Source of the DNA: an uncultured Bdellovibrio sp.
GTDB taxonomy: Bacteria > Bdellovibrionota > Bdellovibrionia > Bdellovibrionales > Bdellovibrionaceae
DNA length: 64,000 nt
Reading direction: 5' to 3'
NCBI GenBank assembly: GCA_963932905.1
Contig: CAWVRN010000002.1
Coordinates: forward strand, 96,001-160,000
The position numbers and the translations under genes are program-made. The notes below the pieces were generated by a model. The model was not told where the DNA came from. It saw only the letters and a program-made list of their open reading frames with translations, and ran no database searches. Each line of letters opens with the position of its first letter. Within the stretch, counting starts at the first letter, position 1. Positions 39,814-50,055 of the stretch are shown in pieces.

Positions 39814-40496
39814 GCCGAGATCAGCTCCTTGTGGGTGTGAATCGTATAGTCTGGAATTTCAAAATGATCTTGAGCCACGTCTTCCGCATGCTCACCGTGC
39901 TGGTAGTAACAGGTTTTAGCACCGATTTGCTTAGCCATCCGGATTTCTTGAGAAAGACGGTTGCCAATAGACAAAAGCTGCTCGGGCAGAATCCCGGAGT
40001 CCTCCACAATTTTTTCAAAAGCCGCGCGTTTTGTTGGGTAGGCACCCTCGGCAACAACCAAAATATTTTCTTTCTTTATAAAACGTTCGATTTTTAGCTG
40101 AGCCAGTTTCTTGTGTTGTGCGCTAACGACACCAGCTGTAACTACGAAAACTTCATATTTTGCGCCTAAGGTCTTTAGGTTATCTTCCGCTCCAGGCATC
40201 AGTGCTAGATTGGGGGGAAGGTCGGGCTCGTAAAACAGACGATTCAAGTTAGCCACTACTAGTGACGCTTCTGAAGGCACCCTGAGGGGAAATGTTGTAA
40301 CAAGATTTTTAAAAAACTCTTTGTGTGACTTTGTTTTCACATATTCTTTTCGCGAAATATCAAAATCTTCAAAAGCATTTTTATAACCTTCAGTTAACAA
40401 ATAGCTGTGGATTTTTCGACACGCAAATGGAATTAACTCGTTTGTTGTGTCGATCAAAGTGTCGTCTAGGTCAAAGGCGATGGCCTTATAATTCAT
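39801..40496 (-). CDS. HAD-superfamily hydrolase
   Basis: FDLDDTL motif I, VVT motif II, K and IGNRLSQEI motif IV variant. Confidence 0.88.
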   Translation of the reverse strand: MNYKAIAFDLDDTLIDTTNELIPFACRKIHSYLLTEGYKNAFEDFDISRKEYVKTKSHKEFFKNLVTTFPLRVPSEASLVVANLNRLFYEPDLPPNLALMPGAEDNLKTLGAKYEVFVVTAGVVSAQHKKLAQLKIERFIKKENILVVAEGAYPTKRAAFEKIVEDSGILPEQLLSIGNRLSQEIRMAKQIGAKTCYYQHGEHAEDVAQDHFEIPDYTIHTHKELISACQL

Positions 40497-40662
40497 TTAA
40501 AAAATCCCAGTTTTATTTTGTGCAGAAAAGGCAACAGTTCCAATTGTATTATTCATGAAAAGTGGCTAGTCCTCAATGTTTTTCTAGTAGGTGATTTTGC
40601 CTGAAATGGTAGGCGCGATAAATATCGCTGGATTATCGAGCAAACAGTGATATTTTAGGTTC

Positions 40663-42051
40663 ATGACAGAAAAAGATGATTCAAAAAACAAGGAAGTCTC
40701 ATTTACGGCCATCATTTTAGCGGCAGGTAAGGGAACTAGGATGAATTCAGCTCTACCAAAGGTTTTGCACCCGGTCGCGGGAAAGCCAATGATTTCAAGA
40801 GTGATAGCTTCATGTAAAAAAGCAGGCATTACCGATATTCGCGTTGTTGTTGGCCATGGTTCTTCATTGGTGAAGACCGTTCTTGAGCCTGAAGGTGTTA
40901 CCTTCTTTGAACAGAAAAATCAGTTAGGAACAGCTGACGCCGTTCGCTCGGCGCAGCCTGAAACGATCGAAGGCAATATCATTATCTTGAACGGCGATCA
41001 CCCTATGATCGAGCCGCAAGATATTGAAGGTTTCATTCGTGATTTCAAAGATCAAAAATTAGATATTGGCTTGGTAACTACTATTTTAAAAGAACCGGGT
41101 GATTTCGGCCGTGTTGTTAGAAATGGCGGGGAATTATACGCGATCGTGGAAGCAAAAGACGCATCGGCAGAAGCTAAAAAAATCAAAGAAGTGAATACGG
41201 GTATTTATTTAACTCGCGCAGCAATTTTAAATTTGCTGTTACCTGAAGTTAAAAATGAAAATCAGAAAAAAGAATTTTATTTAACAGATATCATTTCACT
41301 AGGCATCGAAGAACGTAAGAAAATCAAAACGATTTCGGGTGCTAAAAATGTTTCAATGGGTGTGAACAATCAAATTGAGTTAGCAAAAGCAACGAAACTG
41401 GTTTTCAAATCACATATGAAAAAGCTGCTAGAAAGCGGCGTGATGATCATCGACCCAAGAAATACATACATCGAAGAAACGGTAGAGATCGGGCCGGGAA
41501 CAATTATTTATCCTGGTAGTTACTTAAAGGGGAAAACAAAAATCGGAAAGTTCTGCATGATTGAAACCAACACATTCATTGTAGATACTACGATCGAGGA
41601 CAGTGTACAGGTTCGTGCTGGTAGTTATTTAGAATCGTCTATTATCCGTTCGAAATGTAATATCGGGCCCTACGCTCGGGTTCGTCCCGATAGCGAATTG
41701 TTAGAAGAAGTTCATATTGGCAATTTTGTAGAAGTTAAAAAATCTAAACTTGGTAAAGGAACAAAAGCCGCGCATTTAGCCTATATTGGTGATGCCGAGA
41801 TAGGTGAACACACCAACATCGGCTGCGGAACCATTTTCGTAAATTATTTACCAAATAAATCAAAACATAAAACAAAAGTGGGCGACAATTGTTTCATCGG
41901 TAGCGATGTCCAATTAATTGCTCCTCTTGAAGTTGGCTCAGGAGCCACAGTGGGTGCCGGTTCCGTAATTACCAAGAATGTGCCCGCTAATGCACTGGCT
42001 GTGACGCGGGCTCCGCAAATCATAAAAGAAAATTACAGGCCAAAACCGTAG
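40663..42051 (+). CDS. glmU: Bifunctional GlcNAc-1-P uridyltransferase/acetyltransferase GlmU
   Basis: LAAGKGTRM, PKVLH, QLGTADAV, hexapeptide repeats, GNFVEVK. Confidence 0.96.
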   Translation: MTEKDDSKNKEVSFTAIILAAGKGTRMNSALPKVLHPVAGKPMISRVIASCKKAGITDIRVVVGHGSSLVKTVLEPEGVTFFEQKNQLGTADAVRSAQPETIEGNIIILNGDHPMIEPQDIEGFIRDFKDQKLDIGLVTTILKEPGDFGRVVRNGGELYAIVEAKDASAEAKKIKEVNTGIYLTRAAILNLLLPEVKNENQKKEFYLTDIISLGIEERKKIKTISGAKNVSMGVNNQIELAKATKLVFKSHMKKLLESGVMIIDPRNTYIEETVEIGPGTIIYPGSYLKGKTKIGKFCMIETNTFIVDTTIEDSVQVRAGSYLESSIIRSKCNIGPYARVRPDSELLEEVHIGNFVEVKKSKLGKGTKAAHLAYIGDAEIGEHTNIGCGTIFVNYLPNKSKHKTKVGDNCFIGSDVQLIAPLEVGSGATVGAGSVITKNVPANALAVTRAPQIIKENYRPKP

Positions 42052-42066
42052 AGAAAGGTAGGAGTT

Positions 42067-43950
42067 ATGTGTGGAATAGTTGGGTATTTAGGCCCTTTGA
42101 ATCCTAAAGACGTGATTATGCAGGGTTTGAAAAAGTTAGAGTATCGTGGATACGACAGCGCCGGTTTAGCTATCATTCAGGATGGTCATACTAAGCTCAT
42201 CAGAGCTATGGGTAAATTGCAGGCTTTGGATGATAAAATTAAAAATGAAACTTGGACTGGAAATGTGGGCATTGGCCACACTCGCTGGGCGACCCATGGT
42301 GTTCCGTCAGAGCGTAATGCGCATCCTCACAAAGCGCGTGGTATTACTTTGGTTCATAACGGTATTATTGAAAATTATCATGAAATCAAAGAACAACTTC
42401 TGGCTCGAGGCGCACAAATCGCATCGGACACTGATTCAGAATTGGTGGCGCACTTAATTGCCGAAGAGTTTGAAAAGGTAAAAGATTTAAAATCAGCGGT
42501 GGAACGTGTGTTGCCTCAGTTGAAAGGTGCTTTCTCGATTGTGGTTCTTTGCGAACAAAGTCCTAATGAATTGATCGCATTTAAAGATGGTCCACCGTTA
42601 GTGGTTGGCCTTGGCAAAGGTGAAAACTTTGTTGCCAGTGACGTTCAAGCATTAATCAAATACACAAACGAATTTATTTATTTAAATGATCGTGAAATCG
42701 TAAAACTTCAGCCGAATAAAGTTCAGTTGTTTTCGTCTCATGGTGTAGCTATCGATCGTAAATCGGTCACATTAAATTGGAATGCCGAGCTTACAGAAAA
42801 ACAAGGTTTTGCGCACTTCATGCTTAAAGAAATTCATGAACAACCTAGAACCGTGGCGGCTGCAGTTAACAATCATCTGGTTGAAAATTCGGTACGCCTC
42901 AACCGCATTGGTTTTAAAGATGCTAACTACTTTGAAAATCGGGAAACTCTTGATGTCGAGAAAGACTGGCAGAATACACAAAGGGTTCTTCAAGGCGTTG
43001 AGCGTGTTTTTATTATCGCCTGTGGAACTAGTTTCTACGCAGGTAACGTAGCGAAATATTTCTTAGAGAAAATTGCACAGATTCCAGTTGAAATCGATAT
43101 CGCGAGTGAATTCCGTTATCGCGATCCTGTAATTCCCAAAAATACGTTAGTGATGACAATTTCTCAAAGTGGTGAAACTGCAGATACTTTAGCAGCGATT
43201 CGTTTAGCGAAAGAAAAAGGTGCTTTGACGCTATCTCTATGTAACGTGAAAAACTCGTCAATCGATCGCGTGGCTGATGGTCACTTATACATGAATGCGG
43301 GGCCAGAGATCGGTGTTGCCAGTACGAAAGCGTTTACAGCAACGTTAGCGATCCTAAACGTATTTGCGTTGGGTTTCGGTAAAATTAGAAACACATTACC
43401 GGTAAATGAAGAGCAAGAATTGGTGGCTAGCCTTCGCGCTCTGCCAAGTAAAATGGAAGTTGTATTGTCCTACGACAAATACTTCCATGCATCGGCAAAC
43501 ACTTTAAAAGACTTCAAAGGCTTCTTATTCATGGGTCGTGGTACAAGCTATCCAATCGCAATGGAAGGCGCGCTAAAGCTTAAAGAGCTAGCCTATTTCC
43601 ATGCGGAAGGTTATGCTGCGGGCGAAATGAAACACGGTCCTATCGCACTTATTGATGAGCGTATGGCGATCGTAATGGTGGCGCCTCGAGATAATTATTT
43701 TGAAAAAACGGTCAGTAATATCGAAGAAGTCAAAGCTCGTGGTGGCCACATTATATCTTTAGGTTCTGGTGATGATCAGGCGTTAAAGCGTATCAGTAAT
43801 CAATATCTACCCATCCCAGTTTCCGACTGGTTAACTAATCCAATCCTATTCGTAGTGCCGTTGCAATTGATGGCCTACCATTTGTCTTCAGCGCTGGGCT
43901 ACGACGTGGATCAACCACGTAATCTGGCTAAATCGGTGACAGTGGAATAA
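42067..43950 (+). CDS. glmS: Glutamine-fructose-6-phosphate transaminase GlmS
   Basis: MCGIVG, LEYRGYDSAG, GHTRWATHG, PRNLAKSVTVE. Confidence 0.98.
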   Translation: MCGIVGYLGPLNPKDVIMQGLKKLEYRGYDSAGLAIIQDGHTKLIRAMGKLQALDDKIKNETWTGNVGIGHTRWATHGVPSERNAHPHKARGITLVHNGIIENYHEIKEQLLARGAQIASDTDSELVAHLIAEEFEKVKDLKSAVERVLPQLKGAFSIVVLCEQSPNELIAFKDGPPLVVGLGKGENFVASDVQALIKYTNEFIYLNDREIVKLQPNKVQLFSSHGVAIDRKSVTLNWNAELTEKQGFAHFMLKEIHEQPRTVAAAVNNHLVENSVRLNRIGFKDANYFENRETLDVEKDWQNTQRVLQGVERVFIIACGTSFYAGNVAKYFLEKIAQIPVEIDIASEFRYRDPVIPKNTLVMTISQSGETADTLAAIRLAKEKGALTLSLCNVKNSSIDRVADGHLYMNAGPEIGVASTKAFTATLAILNVFALGFGKIRNTLPVNEEQELVASLRALPSKMEVVLSYDKYFHASANTLKDFKGFLFMGRGTSYPIAMEGALKLKELAYFHAEGYAAGEMKHGPIALIDERMAIVMVAPRDNYFEKTVSNIEEVKARGGHIISLGSGDDQALKRISNQYLPIPVSDWLTNPILFVVPLQLMAYHLSSALGYDVDQPRNLAKSVTVE

Positions 43951-43956
43951 GAATAT

Positions 43957-45300
43957 TTAGTTCGTAGCTAGGTAGTGAAAGTAAGCTTTCGTTTTTTCTA
44001 CATACTCAACGGTTTCGTTGCCACGAGCGTGTCCCCATTTTGTATTTTTATAATATTCATTTTCAGCCAGCTTAGGAAGAATTGTCTTAAGCTGGTTCCA
44101 GTGATACGGATTTTTTCCGAACGATTCAGATAAAACAAACGCATCTTGTAGGTGCCCAATTCCGATATTGTAGGCCGCCAGCGCCAAGATCACGCGATCA
44201 TTATAAGAAATTTCTTTTGGAAAAAATTGAATCAGTTTTTTTAAATAACGAGCGCCACCTAAAATATTTTCCTCAGGATCATGGATGTCTTCAATTCCTA
44301 AATATTCGGCCGTGGATTGTGTGATCTGCATTAAGCCTTTAACGCCCGTAAAACTACGCGCCGTTGGGTCCCAGTGCGATTCCTGATAGCAAACCGCCGC
44401 AATTAATTGCCATGGCAATCCGTATTTGATGCCAGCGCGCTTAAAATACGTGATGTACTCGGGCAATCTAGATTTAGTACGTAGTTTGAAGATTTCAATA
44501 TCAGATTGAGTTAACTCCTCAGAGTAAATTCGATATTGTTCGTAAATTTTTTGAACGCGCCCTTCGCGTGAAGCTTTTTGAAACCAGCTGCGCATCAACG
44601 GATTTAGGAAATCTTGGTCTTCTGCAATCATCCAGTTCAAAGAAAAATTGTCTTTTAATTTGAATTTAAATTCCAAACTGCTGAAGTCTTTTAAATGGAA
44701 AACACCTTCGTTACTATTTGTGATCAGGCAATCGGCGTGGCTTTCAGCAATTTCCGAAAAAGCGCGCGCGGTTGAACCATTTAGCCAAACTTGAATGCGT
44801 GCATTCGGAACGCTCTTCACAAGCTCCTGGTGGGATACAACGTTCTTATTGCGATCGAAGGAAATGATATCAAGGCCATTTAAGTCTGTTTCTGACTGAG
44901 CCTCTACGCGTTTGCGACAGAATACAGATAAGGATGCCGATTCATAATCCGGACCGATCACTTCCGAATGGCTTTCCGCAAAAGCGCGTGGGAAGCGGCC
45001 AGCAGCAATATGGCCTTCGCCGCGTTTGTAAGCGGCAATCAAATCGTCTTCATTGCGGTAGGCTTTGAATTCTACTTTTTTGCCATAAGATTTAGCAAAG
45101 TCGGAGATCAGATCGTGGTCGATACCTTGGCTGATTTGTTTGGTTTTAGAAGAATAAGAAAGGGGATGCCTTAAAATAAGAACTTTAAGCGCAGGTAATT
45201 CCTGCAGCTTAAGAGCTTGTCGATCTGAATAATATCTTGGACCTTCACAATGAATTAAGCAAAGCAGAGGTAGAACCAAGAGTGTCCGAAAAAAAGGCAT
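43957..45300 (-). CDS. mltF: MltF-like lytic transglycosylase (substrate-binding domain plus SLT domain)
   Basis: YQESHW, GLMQIT, ALAAYNIG motifs; N-terminal ABC-SBP-like domain. Confidence 0.85.
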   Translation of the reverse strand: MPFFRTLLVLPLLCLIHCEGPRYYSDRQALKLQELPALKVLILRHPLSYSSKTKQISQGIDHDLISDFAKSYGKKVEFKAYRNEDDLIAAYKRGEGHIAAGRFPRAFAESHSEVIGPDYESASLSVFCRKRVEAQSETDLNGLDIISFDRNKNVVSHQELVKSVPNARIQVWLNGSTARAFSEIAESHADCLITNSNEGVFHLKDFSSLEFKFKLKDNFSLNWMIAEDQDFLNPLMRSWFQKASREGRVQKIYEQYRIYSEELTQSDIEIFKLRTKSRLPEYITYFKRAGIKYGLPWQLIAAVCYQESHWDPTARSFTGVKGLMQITQSTAEYLGIEDIHDPEENILGGARYLKKLIQFFPKEISYNDRVILALAAYNIGIGHLQDAFVLSESFGKNPYHWNQLKTILPKLAENEYYKNTKWGHARGNETVEYVEKTKAYFHYLATN

Positions 45301-45460
45301 AGGGTCGCTTGTTAATCCAGAGACTCTAAGGGTTCAAGTCAGATGACGTTATTTGTTTCACCAGCTCCAAATAAAGACAGGCTTAACGTGCGCGTCAAAA
45401 AAAATTACATGATATCGTAACATTTTTTCAATACTCTCTTCCTGTTTTCGAGGGGAAAAA

Positions 45461-46075
45461 ATGTCAGAGTTTTCATATTTTCAAACAAGGGGATGGATCG
45501 AAGTCGTTGTCGGATCCATGTATAGCGGTAAAACTGAAGAACTTATTCGTCGTGTGCGCCGAGCTCAATTTGCCAAACTTCAGGTTCAAGTTTTCAAGCC
45601 GGTCATCGACAATCGTTACCGAGCCAAAGAAGTTACGTCTCATAATCAAAACACCGTCGATGCAATGCCTTTGAATAACATCGAAGAAATCTGGGATCAT
45701 TTGAATCCAAAAACTCGCGTCGTCGGAATTGATGAAGGTCAGTTCTTTAGCGCCGAGATTGTAAATATTGTTCAAGATCTTGCCGATCGCGGTCTGCGTG
45801 TGATTATCGCGGGACTTGACACAGACTGGAAAGGTCAACCATTTGAACCAATGCCTACACTGATGGCCATTGCAGAGAATGTGACCAAGCAACACGCTGT
45901 TTGCATGCGTTGTGGAGCTCCAGCAAGTCGTACTCAAAAAATCGCTGGTGGAAATTCGCAGATCGAAGTGGGTGCAACGGAATCTTACGAAGCTCGTTGC
46001 CGTGAGCACTTTGTTCCACGAGTAGATTCACGTCATGAAGATAAGTCTGAGCAAATGACTGAAGCCAACCCTTAA
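45461..46075 (+). CDS. tdk: Thymidine kinase
   Basis: [34 protein letters not shown]. Confidence 0.96.
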   Translation: MSEFSYFQTRGWIEVVVGSMYSGKTEELIRRVRRAQFAKLQVQVFKPVIDNRYRAKEVTSHNQNTVDAMPLNNIEEIWDHLNPKTRVVGIDEGQFFSAEIVNIVQDLADRGLRVIIAGLDTDWKGQPFEPMPTLMAIAENVTKQHAVCMRCGAPASRTQKIAGGNSQIEVGATESYEARCREHFVPRVDSRHEDKSEQMTEANP

Positions 46076-46077
46076 CT

Positions 46078-46944
46078 CTAAGGGTTGCACCAATCACAAA
46101 CGGAGTAGATTCTGTTATCTAACGTGTTGTAGTAGACCTGTGTCTTTTTATAAGGGGCTGTGCAGGTCGGGTTAAACTTGTAACCTTGATTATCGGTCCG
46201 GCAGTAAAAATCAGGATTGCAGCGGTGATCAACCGACGAGAACAATCCATCATACGCGTAACCACGCGATTCGCAGGCCTCAGCTTCAGATGTTTCACCA
46301 TGGCAGGCCATAATTTTTCCAGCCGCCGTGGTTTTAATGAAAACGCGGATTTTGTTTTTTTGGTTTTCTGGGTTCCATAAAAAATTCATTGAACTAGAAC
46401 TGTTATGAATGAGCTTAATTTCTGCCAAGTATTTATTTAAAGTGACGTACTCCGGGTCAACTGTCCAAGGTGTTGGCCATGCGGCCGATGAAGCGATCCG
46501 AACAGGCACATGGGGATTGGCTCCTTCGGGCGCACGGCTCACTAAACTTCCATTTTTAAAGCTGCTAGGAACATTCAATATTTTCAATTCGACTCTGGTT
46601 ATTGCAATCTTATTGTCAAAAACGTAACCACTTGTGATCACACCACTAGAGCCACCTGCAAGGATATAACTCAAATTCACATTTGAAACGCTATTGATCG
46701 CTGTCGTTACAGTGTTTTGCCCCTGACCTAAAATAGTCGGGCAGATTGCTGGATCATTCATCGCTTGCCGTAGTGATTTTACTAAAAGGCGCATACTTAA
46801 TTCTGAGGTACTTTGCGCCTTTAGTTTGTTCCCTACTTGTAATATGTCGATTATACTAAACGACAGCATTGCGAAAACTGCCGACAGCGTAAGAGCTATC
46901 GCTAAGGCGGATCCGCGATTATTAGTTACAGCGAATACAGACAT
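46078..46944 (-). CDS. Pilin-like protein lacking Glu5 (PilX/GspK-like)
   Basis: NNRG|SALAIAL prepilin-like cleavage site, hydrophobic helix, Cys-rich C-terminus. Confidence 0.75.
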   Translation of the reverse strand: MSVFAVTNNRGSALAIALTLSAVFAMLSFSIIDILQVGNKLKAQSTSELSMRLLVKSLRQAMNDPAICPTILGQGQNTVTTAINSVSNVNLSYILAGGSSGVITSGYVFDNKIAITRVELKILNVPSSFKNGSLVSRAPEGANPHVPVRIASSAAWPTPWTVDPEYVTLNKYLAEIKLIHNSSSSMNFLWNPENQKNKIRVFIKTTAAGKIMACHGETSEAEACESRGYAYDGLFSSVDHRCNPDFYCRTDNQGYKFNPTCTAPYKKTQVYYNTLDNRIYSVCDWCNP

Positions 46945-47764
46945 AGTAATCTATCCAATCATAAATAGGGGCTTCACATTTTTTTCCGCAACTATAGTTG
47001 CGAAACCAGCGATGTGGTGATTCGCCTACTTTTTGTGTCGTTGAGCCAGCAGGGCAGGTCGTAGCACCCGTGACCTGGTTGGGAACGTCACTATAGAAAA
47101 ACCCGTGACCCATGGGCTCAGCACGAGCCACTTGATAGCTGCCTCCAATAATACAGTTCACATTGGTCAGACATTTTCCCGTTCCGGCATCGTATTGGCT
47201 GCCATTTAACGTACACGCTTGTTCACCTGTAAGTTCTGACAAGCAGTAACGGATAATATTGCCGCCATCGACAAGCACGGGAAGTTCTAAAACCCGCTTA
47301 CGTTGAGCGCGATCACTATTATTAGGTACGGTGACTTCAGTTTCGATTTCTATTTGCGCGATTTTTTTTGTTAGGGCTTGTGCGTTGTAATTATAACTCG
47401 TGGCTGGGGAACCAGGCTTGGTTCCCATCGTTAGTTTCTCGATACGAAGATTATTATTTATAACGAGTCCAACCTTGATGGGTGTCGACGAAAAAATGCC
47501 AAAGCCTTGGTAGCCATTTAATTCCAAGTCGGTTTGAGCGGCCGTAAGAGGTTTCGTTACAAAAGATGATTTGCAAGCAGCTTGGGTGTAAATCCAATCA
47601 GATAGCGAAGATACTACTTCAATACTTTCTGTACCGGCCTTTTGAGCGATGGTACTGGATTTGGCAACCATAGAAACGTAGCCGATACCGATAGCGACCA
47701 CCGCAGCGATACCGATTGCAATTAAAGTTTCAACTAATGTCATACCTTTATTATTCAATAGCAC
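46922..47764 (-). CDS. Type IV prepilin-type minor pilin
   Basis: NKG|MTLVETLIA class III signal, Cys-rich C-terminus. Confidence 0.88.
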   Translation of the reverse strand: MLLNNKGMTLVETLIAIGIAAVVAIGIGYVSMVAKSSTIAQKAGTESIEVVSSLSDWIYTQAACKSSFVTKPLTAAQTDLELNGYQGFGIFSSTPIKVGLVINNNLRIEKLTMGTKPGSPATSYNYNAQALTKKIAQIEIETEVTVPNNSDRAQRKRVLELPVLVDGGNIIRYCLSELTGEQACTLNGSQYDAGTGKCLTNVNCIIGGSYQVARAEPMGHGFFYSDVPNQVTGATTCPAGSTTQKVGESPHRWFRNYSCGKKCEAPIYDWIDYYVCIRCN

Positions 47765-48711
47765 CTCATGCAGCTGTAATATTCTTCTGTGTAGCCATCT
47801 TGAATATCGGCTTCAGAAACTTTAGTTGGTATCACACCTGGTGGGCAGGATTGAGCACCAGTAACAGGGTTGATGGCTTTGGCTATATCACCTTGCAAGA
47901 TAAATTTATTGCAAGGCGCAGAACCCATCGACCCCGAACACGTATACTGAATAAAATAACCTGAATTTTCGCAAAAGCCTACGGGAGTGCAGGTTCCTAA
48001 CGCTTCGTCGAAGTGGCCACCTTGAATGCGACAGGATTCGCGTAAAGAAATTTCCGGTATGCAGCCATAGATTCGGCTTCCCACGGTTTCTACTAATGTT
48101 TCAAAAAAAACTTCACGAGTTGGGCGATAGGTGAACGTGCCATTGACATTCGCTGCTTGCACATCCAGTTTCAATCTGATTTGCAAAGCCCTTCGAACTG
48201 TTTGACTAGCATCGAGTTTTAAAAACTGATCGCCTTGTGAAACTGATGTTAATTTGCGAAGGCGAGCCTGAAGACCATCAGCGGGAGCGATTCTTAAATC
48301 ACGTGAAAGTTGTACTCCATTTTGTAAACTGTTTGAACCGGAAACATTGAATGTTCCTGGTCCTGCGTATTTCCAATCCGTACCATCAGTATTTACGGGA
48401 ATTGAAATATTGACTCCATTCCAAACGCCTGCGGTAGCCTCTTCCGGAAGATCTACTCCATAAAACGTTCGTGTGCACGAACTGGCAGGGTTATAGTTGG
48501 CGTTGAATCCTGCGATATTAAAAGTCTTTGAACTTCGCAGCCAAGTGCTAAGGGCAGAAACGTAATCAGAGGCCCCGACTTCGGCCTCTGTGAGCCGACG
48601 TAAATTAATGAAGCCAGTTAACATAGATGAAGCAATGAGTGTAATAAAGGACACCAGTCCAATGGCAATAATTATTTCAACCAAAGTAAAGCCTTTCTCA
48701 TTTCGTTTCAT
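47755..48711 (-). CDS. Type IV prepilin-type minor pilin
   Basis: EKG|FTLVEIIIA class III signal, Cys-rich C-terminus. Confidence 0.88.
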   Translation of the reverse strand: MKRNEKGFTLVEIIIAIGLVSFITLIASSMLTGFINLRRLTEAEVGASDYVSALSTWLRSSKTFNIAGFNANYNPASSCTRTFYGVDLPEEATAGVWNGVNISIPVNTDGTDWKYAGPGTFNVSGSNSLQNGVQLSRDLRIAPADGLQARLRKLTSVSQGDQFLKLDASQTVRRALQIRLKLDVQAANVNGTFTYRPTREVFFETLVETVGSRIYGCIPEISLRESCRIQGGHFDEALGTCTPVGFCENSGYFIQYTCSGSMGSAPCNKFILQGDIAKAINPVTGAQSCPPGVIPTKVSEADIQDGYTEEYYSCMRCY

Positions 48712-48763
48712 ATCTGAGTTCTAGTTTGACTTAGAAAAATGGTTTTGTATAGTTGATAGATAT

Positions 48764-49501
48764 ATGAGCGACCGAAAGAATTATTATCTTTTTGCGGGTT
48801 TGATTATTGTCGTTGTTGTCATTTTTATTTCCCGTAATAAACCGTCTCAAATTGAAATTCCTAACGGGAATGTACCTACTATTCAGAAACCAGATAAAGT
48901 CAATTCATCGAATGAAACACCAGTGGTTGCTAAAGCTATTGAGCCGGTTCAACGAGCGGCTCAAATGCAAGCTATTCAGCAAAAAGCATCTGCTAACGAA
49001 CAGCTAAAAAAACAGGTAGAGGATAAAAACATAGCCATTAAAAAGAGCTTTGGAGAAGAGGCGTTTCTTCAATATACCACTAGTTCGAAATATAATTTTC
49101 TACCTAAAGATTTAGATGATGGAATGGCCGGTATTGTGGGAAGAGCCGGTACACCTAAAGAGTTTGTCGCTATTGTTGCTCGTCGGGGAGAAACATCTGA
49201 AAAAGAAATCAGAGAGTTTTTACCGGAGTTGTCGAAACAATTTCCAGAAATTTCGCCAGAAATGGTGAGCTCGCAAGTCATCAGGTCTCCGATGCCGACA
49301 GAGAAAGATTCAAATTTGAAAGAAGGTATGTGGATGGTTTTGCGACACAAAGATTTACAATTGTATATTTTTAGAGCGAACCGCATCGATGGTAAGGGCA
49401 GCTATATGATTGTAAGCCAAGGCAATACGATAGCTAACCCCGCACTAGTTCAAGATTTGCAAGATACAATTAGGTCGCTAAAAGCTGTTCCAGCTAAATG
49501 A
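48764..49501 (+). CDS. Membrane-anchored periplasmic hypothetical protein
   Basis: Single N-terminal TM; ATGA overlap with the next gene. Confidence 0.75.
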   Translation: MSDRKNYYLFAGLIIVVVVIFISRNKPSQIEIPNGNVPTIQKPDKVNSSNETPVVAKAIEPVQRAAQMQAIQQKASANEQLKKQVEDKNIAIKKSFGEEAFLQYTTSSKYNFLPKDLDDGMAGIVGRAGTPKEFVAIVARRGETSEKEIREFLPELSKQFPEISPEMVSSQVIRSPMPTEKDSNLKEGMWMVLRHKDLQLYIFRANRIDGKGSYMIVSQGNTIANPALVQDLQDTIRSLKAVPAK

Positions 49502-50055
49502 CAAAGAGGCGCTTCCTACTTTCTTTCTTATTCTCTTTCAACGGAATGATGTATGAACTTATGTTGTCACAGAATCTGAGTGCCGCCTTAGGTGGGACTT
49601 TGTTCAGGTATTTTATTACGGTAGGCTTATTTACACTTTGTTTAGGGGTGTCTTCCCTAGGTTTTGACTACTTTCCTGAAAAATTCAAATCGATTTCTTA
49701 TTTATTCAAAATTAATATAGGATTTATTTGTGGCCTTTTCGTTTTGCCATTCTACTTTTGCTTCCTTGAGTGGCTATTAAACAGAGATACATTTTCCTAT
49801 GCGGTATTCCAGTATCTTTATCATGTTCCTCTAATTGTCATAGCTCTTGTTACTGGTTTTGAAATTCCTTATCTTTTTCACGGACAAGCTGACGATAGAA
49901 AATCACAGATATTAGCTTTCGATTATGGTGGTATGTTTGTGGCCTGCCTTGCATTCCCATTGCTGTTTATTGAAAATTTAGGATTATTTGGTTCATACGC
50001 CGTAGTTTTATGTTTGCAGATACTAACGGTGTGGCTGCTTAAGGCGGTTGTATGA
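49498..50055 (+). CDS. Small polytopic membrane protein, paralog of the membrane domain of membrane-fused spermidine synthases
   Basis: MYELML, VGLFTLCLGVSS, TGFEIPYL and LAFDYGG align with SYQFLM, LGFFLLAMGLGS, TGLETPYL and LAFNYLG in the next gene. Confidence 0.78.
   Translation: MTKRRFLLSFLFSFNGMMYELMLSQNLSAALGGTLFRYFITVGLFTLCLGVSSLGFDYFPEKFKSISYLFKINIGFICGLFVLPFYFCFLEWLLNRDTFSYAVFQYLYHVPLIVIALVTGFEIPYLFHGQADDRKSQILAFDYGGMFVACLAFPLLFIENLGLFGSYAVVLCLQILTVWLLKAVV

Noticed and set aside
42040..42070. glmS ribozyme
   Set aside because: Only 15 bp separate glmU and glmS
45473..46009. 178-aa antisense ORF, and similar ones at 54062-54643, 55806-56249, 32080-32463 and 34447-34821
   Set aside because: Each lies largely or wholly opposite a well-supported gene and has no motif or RBS
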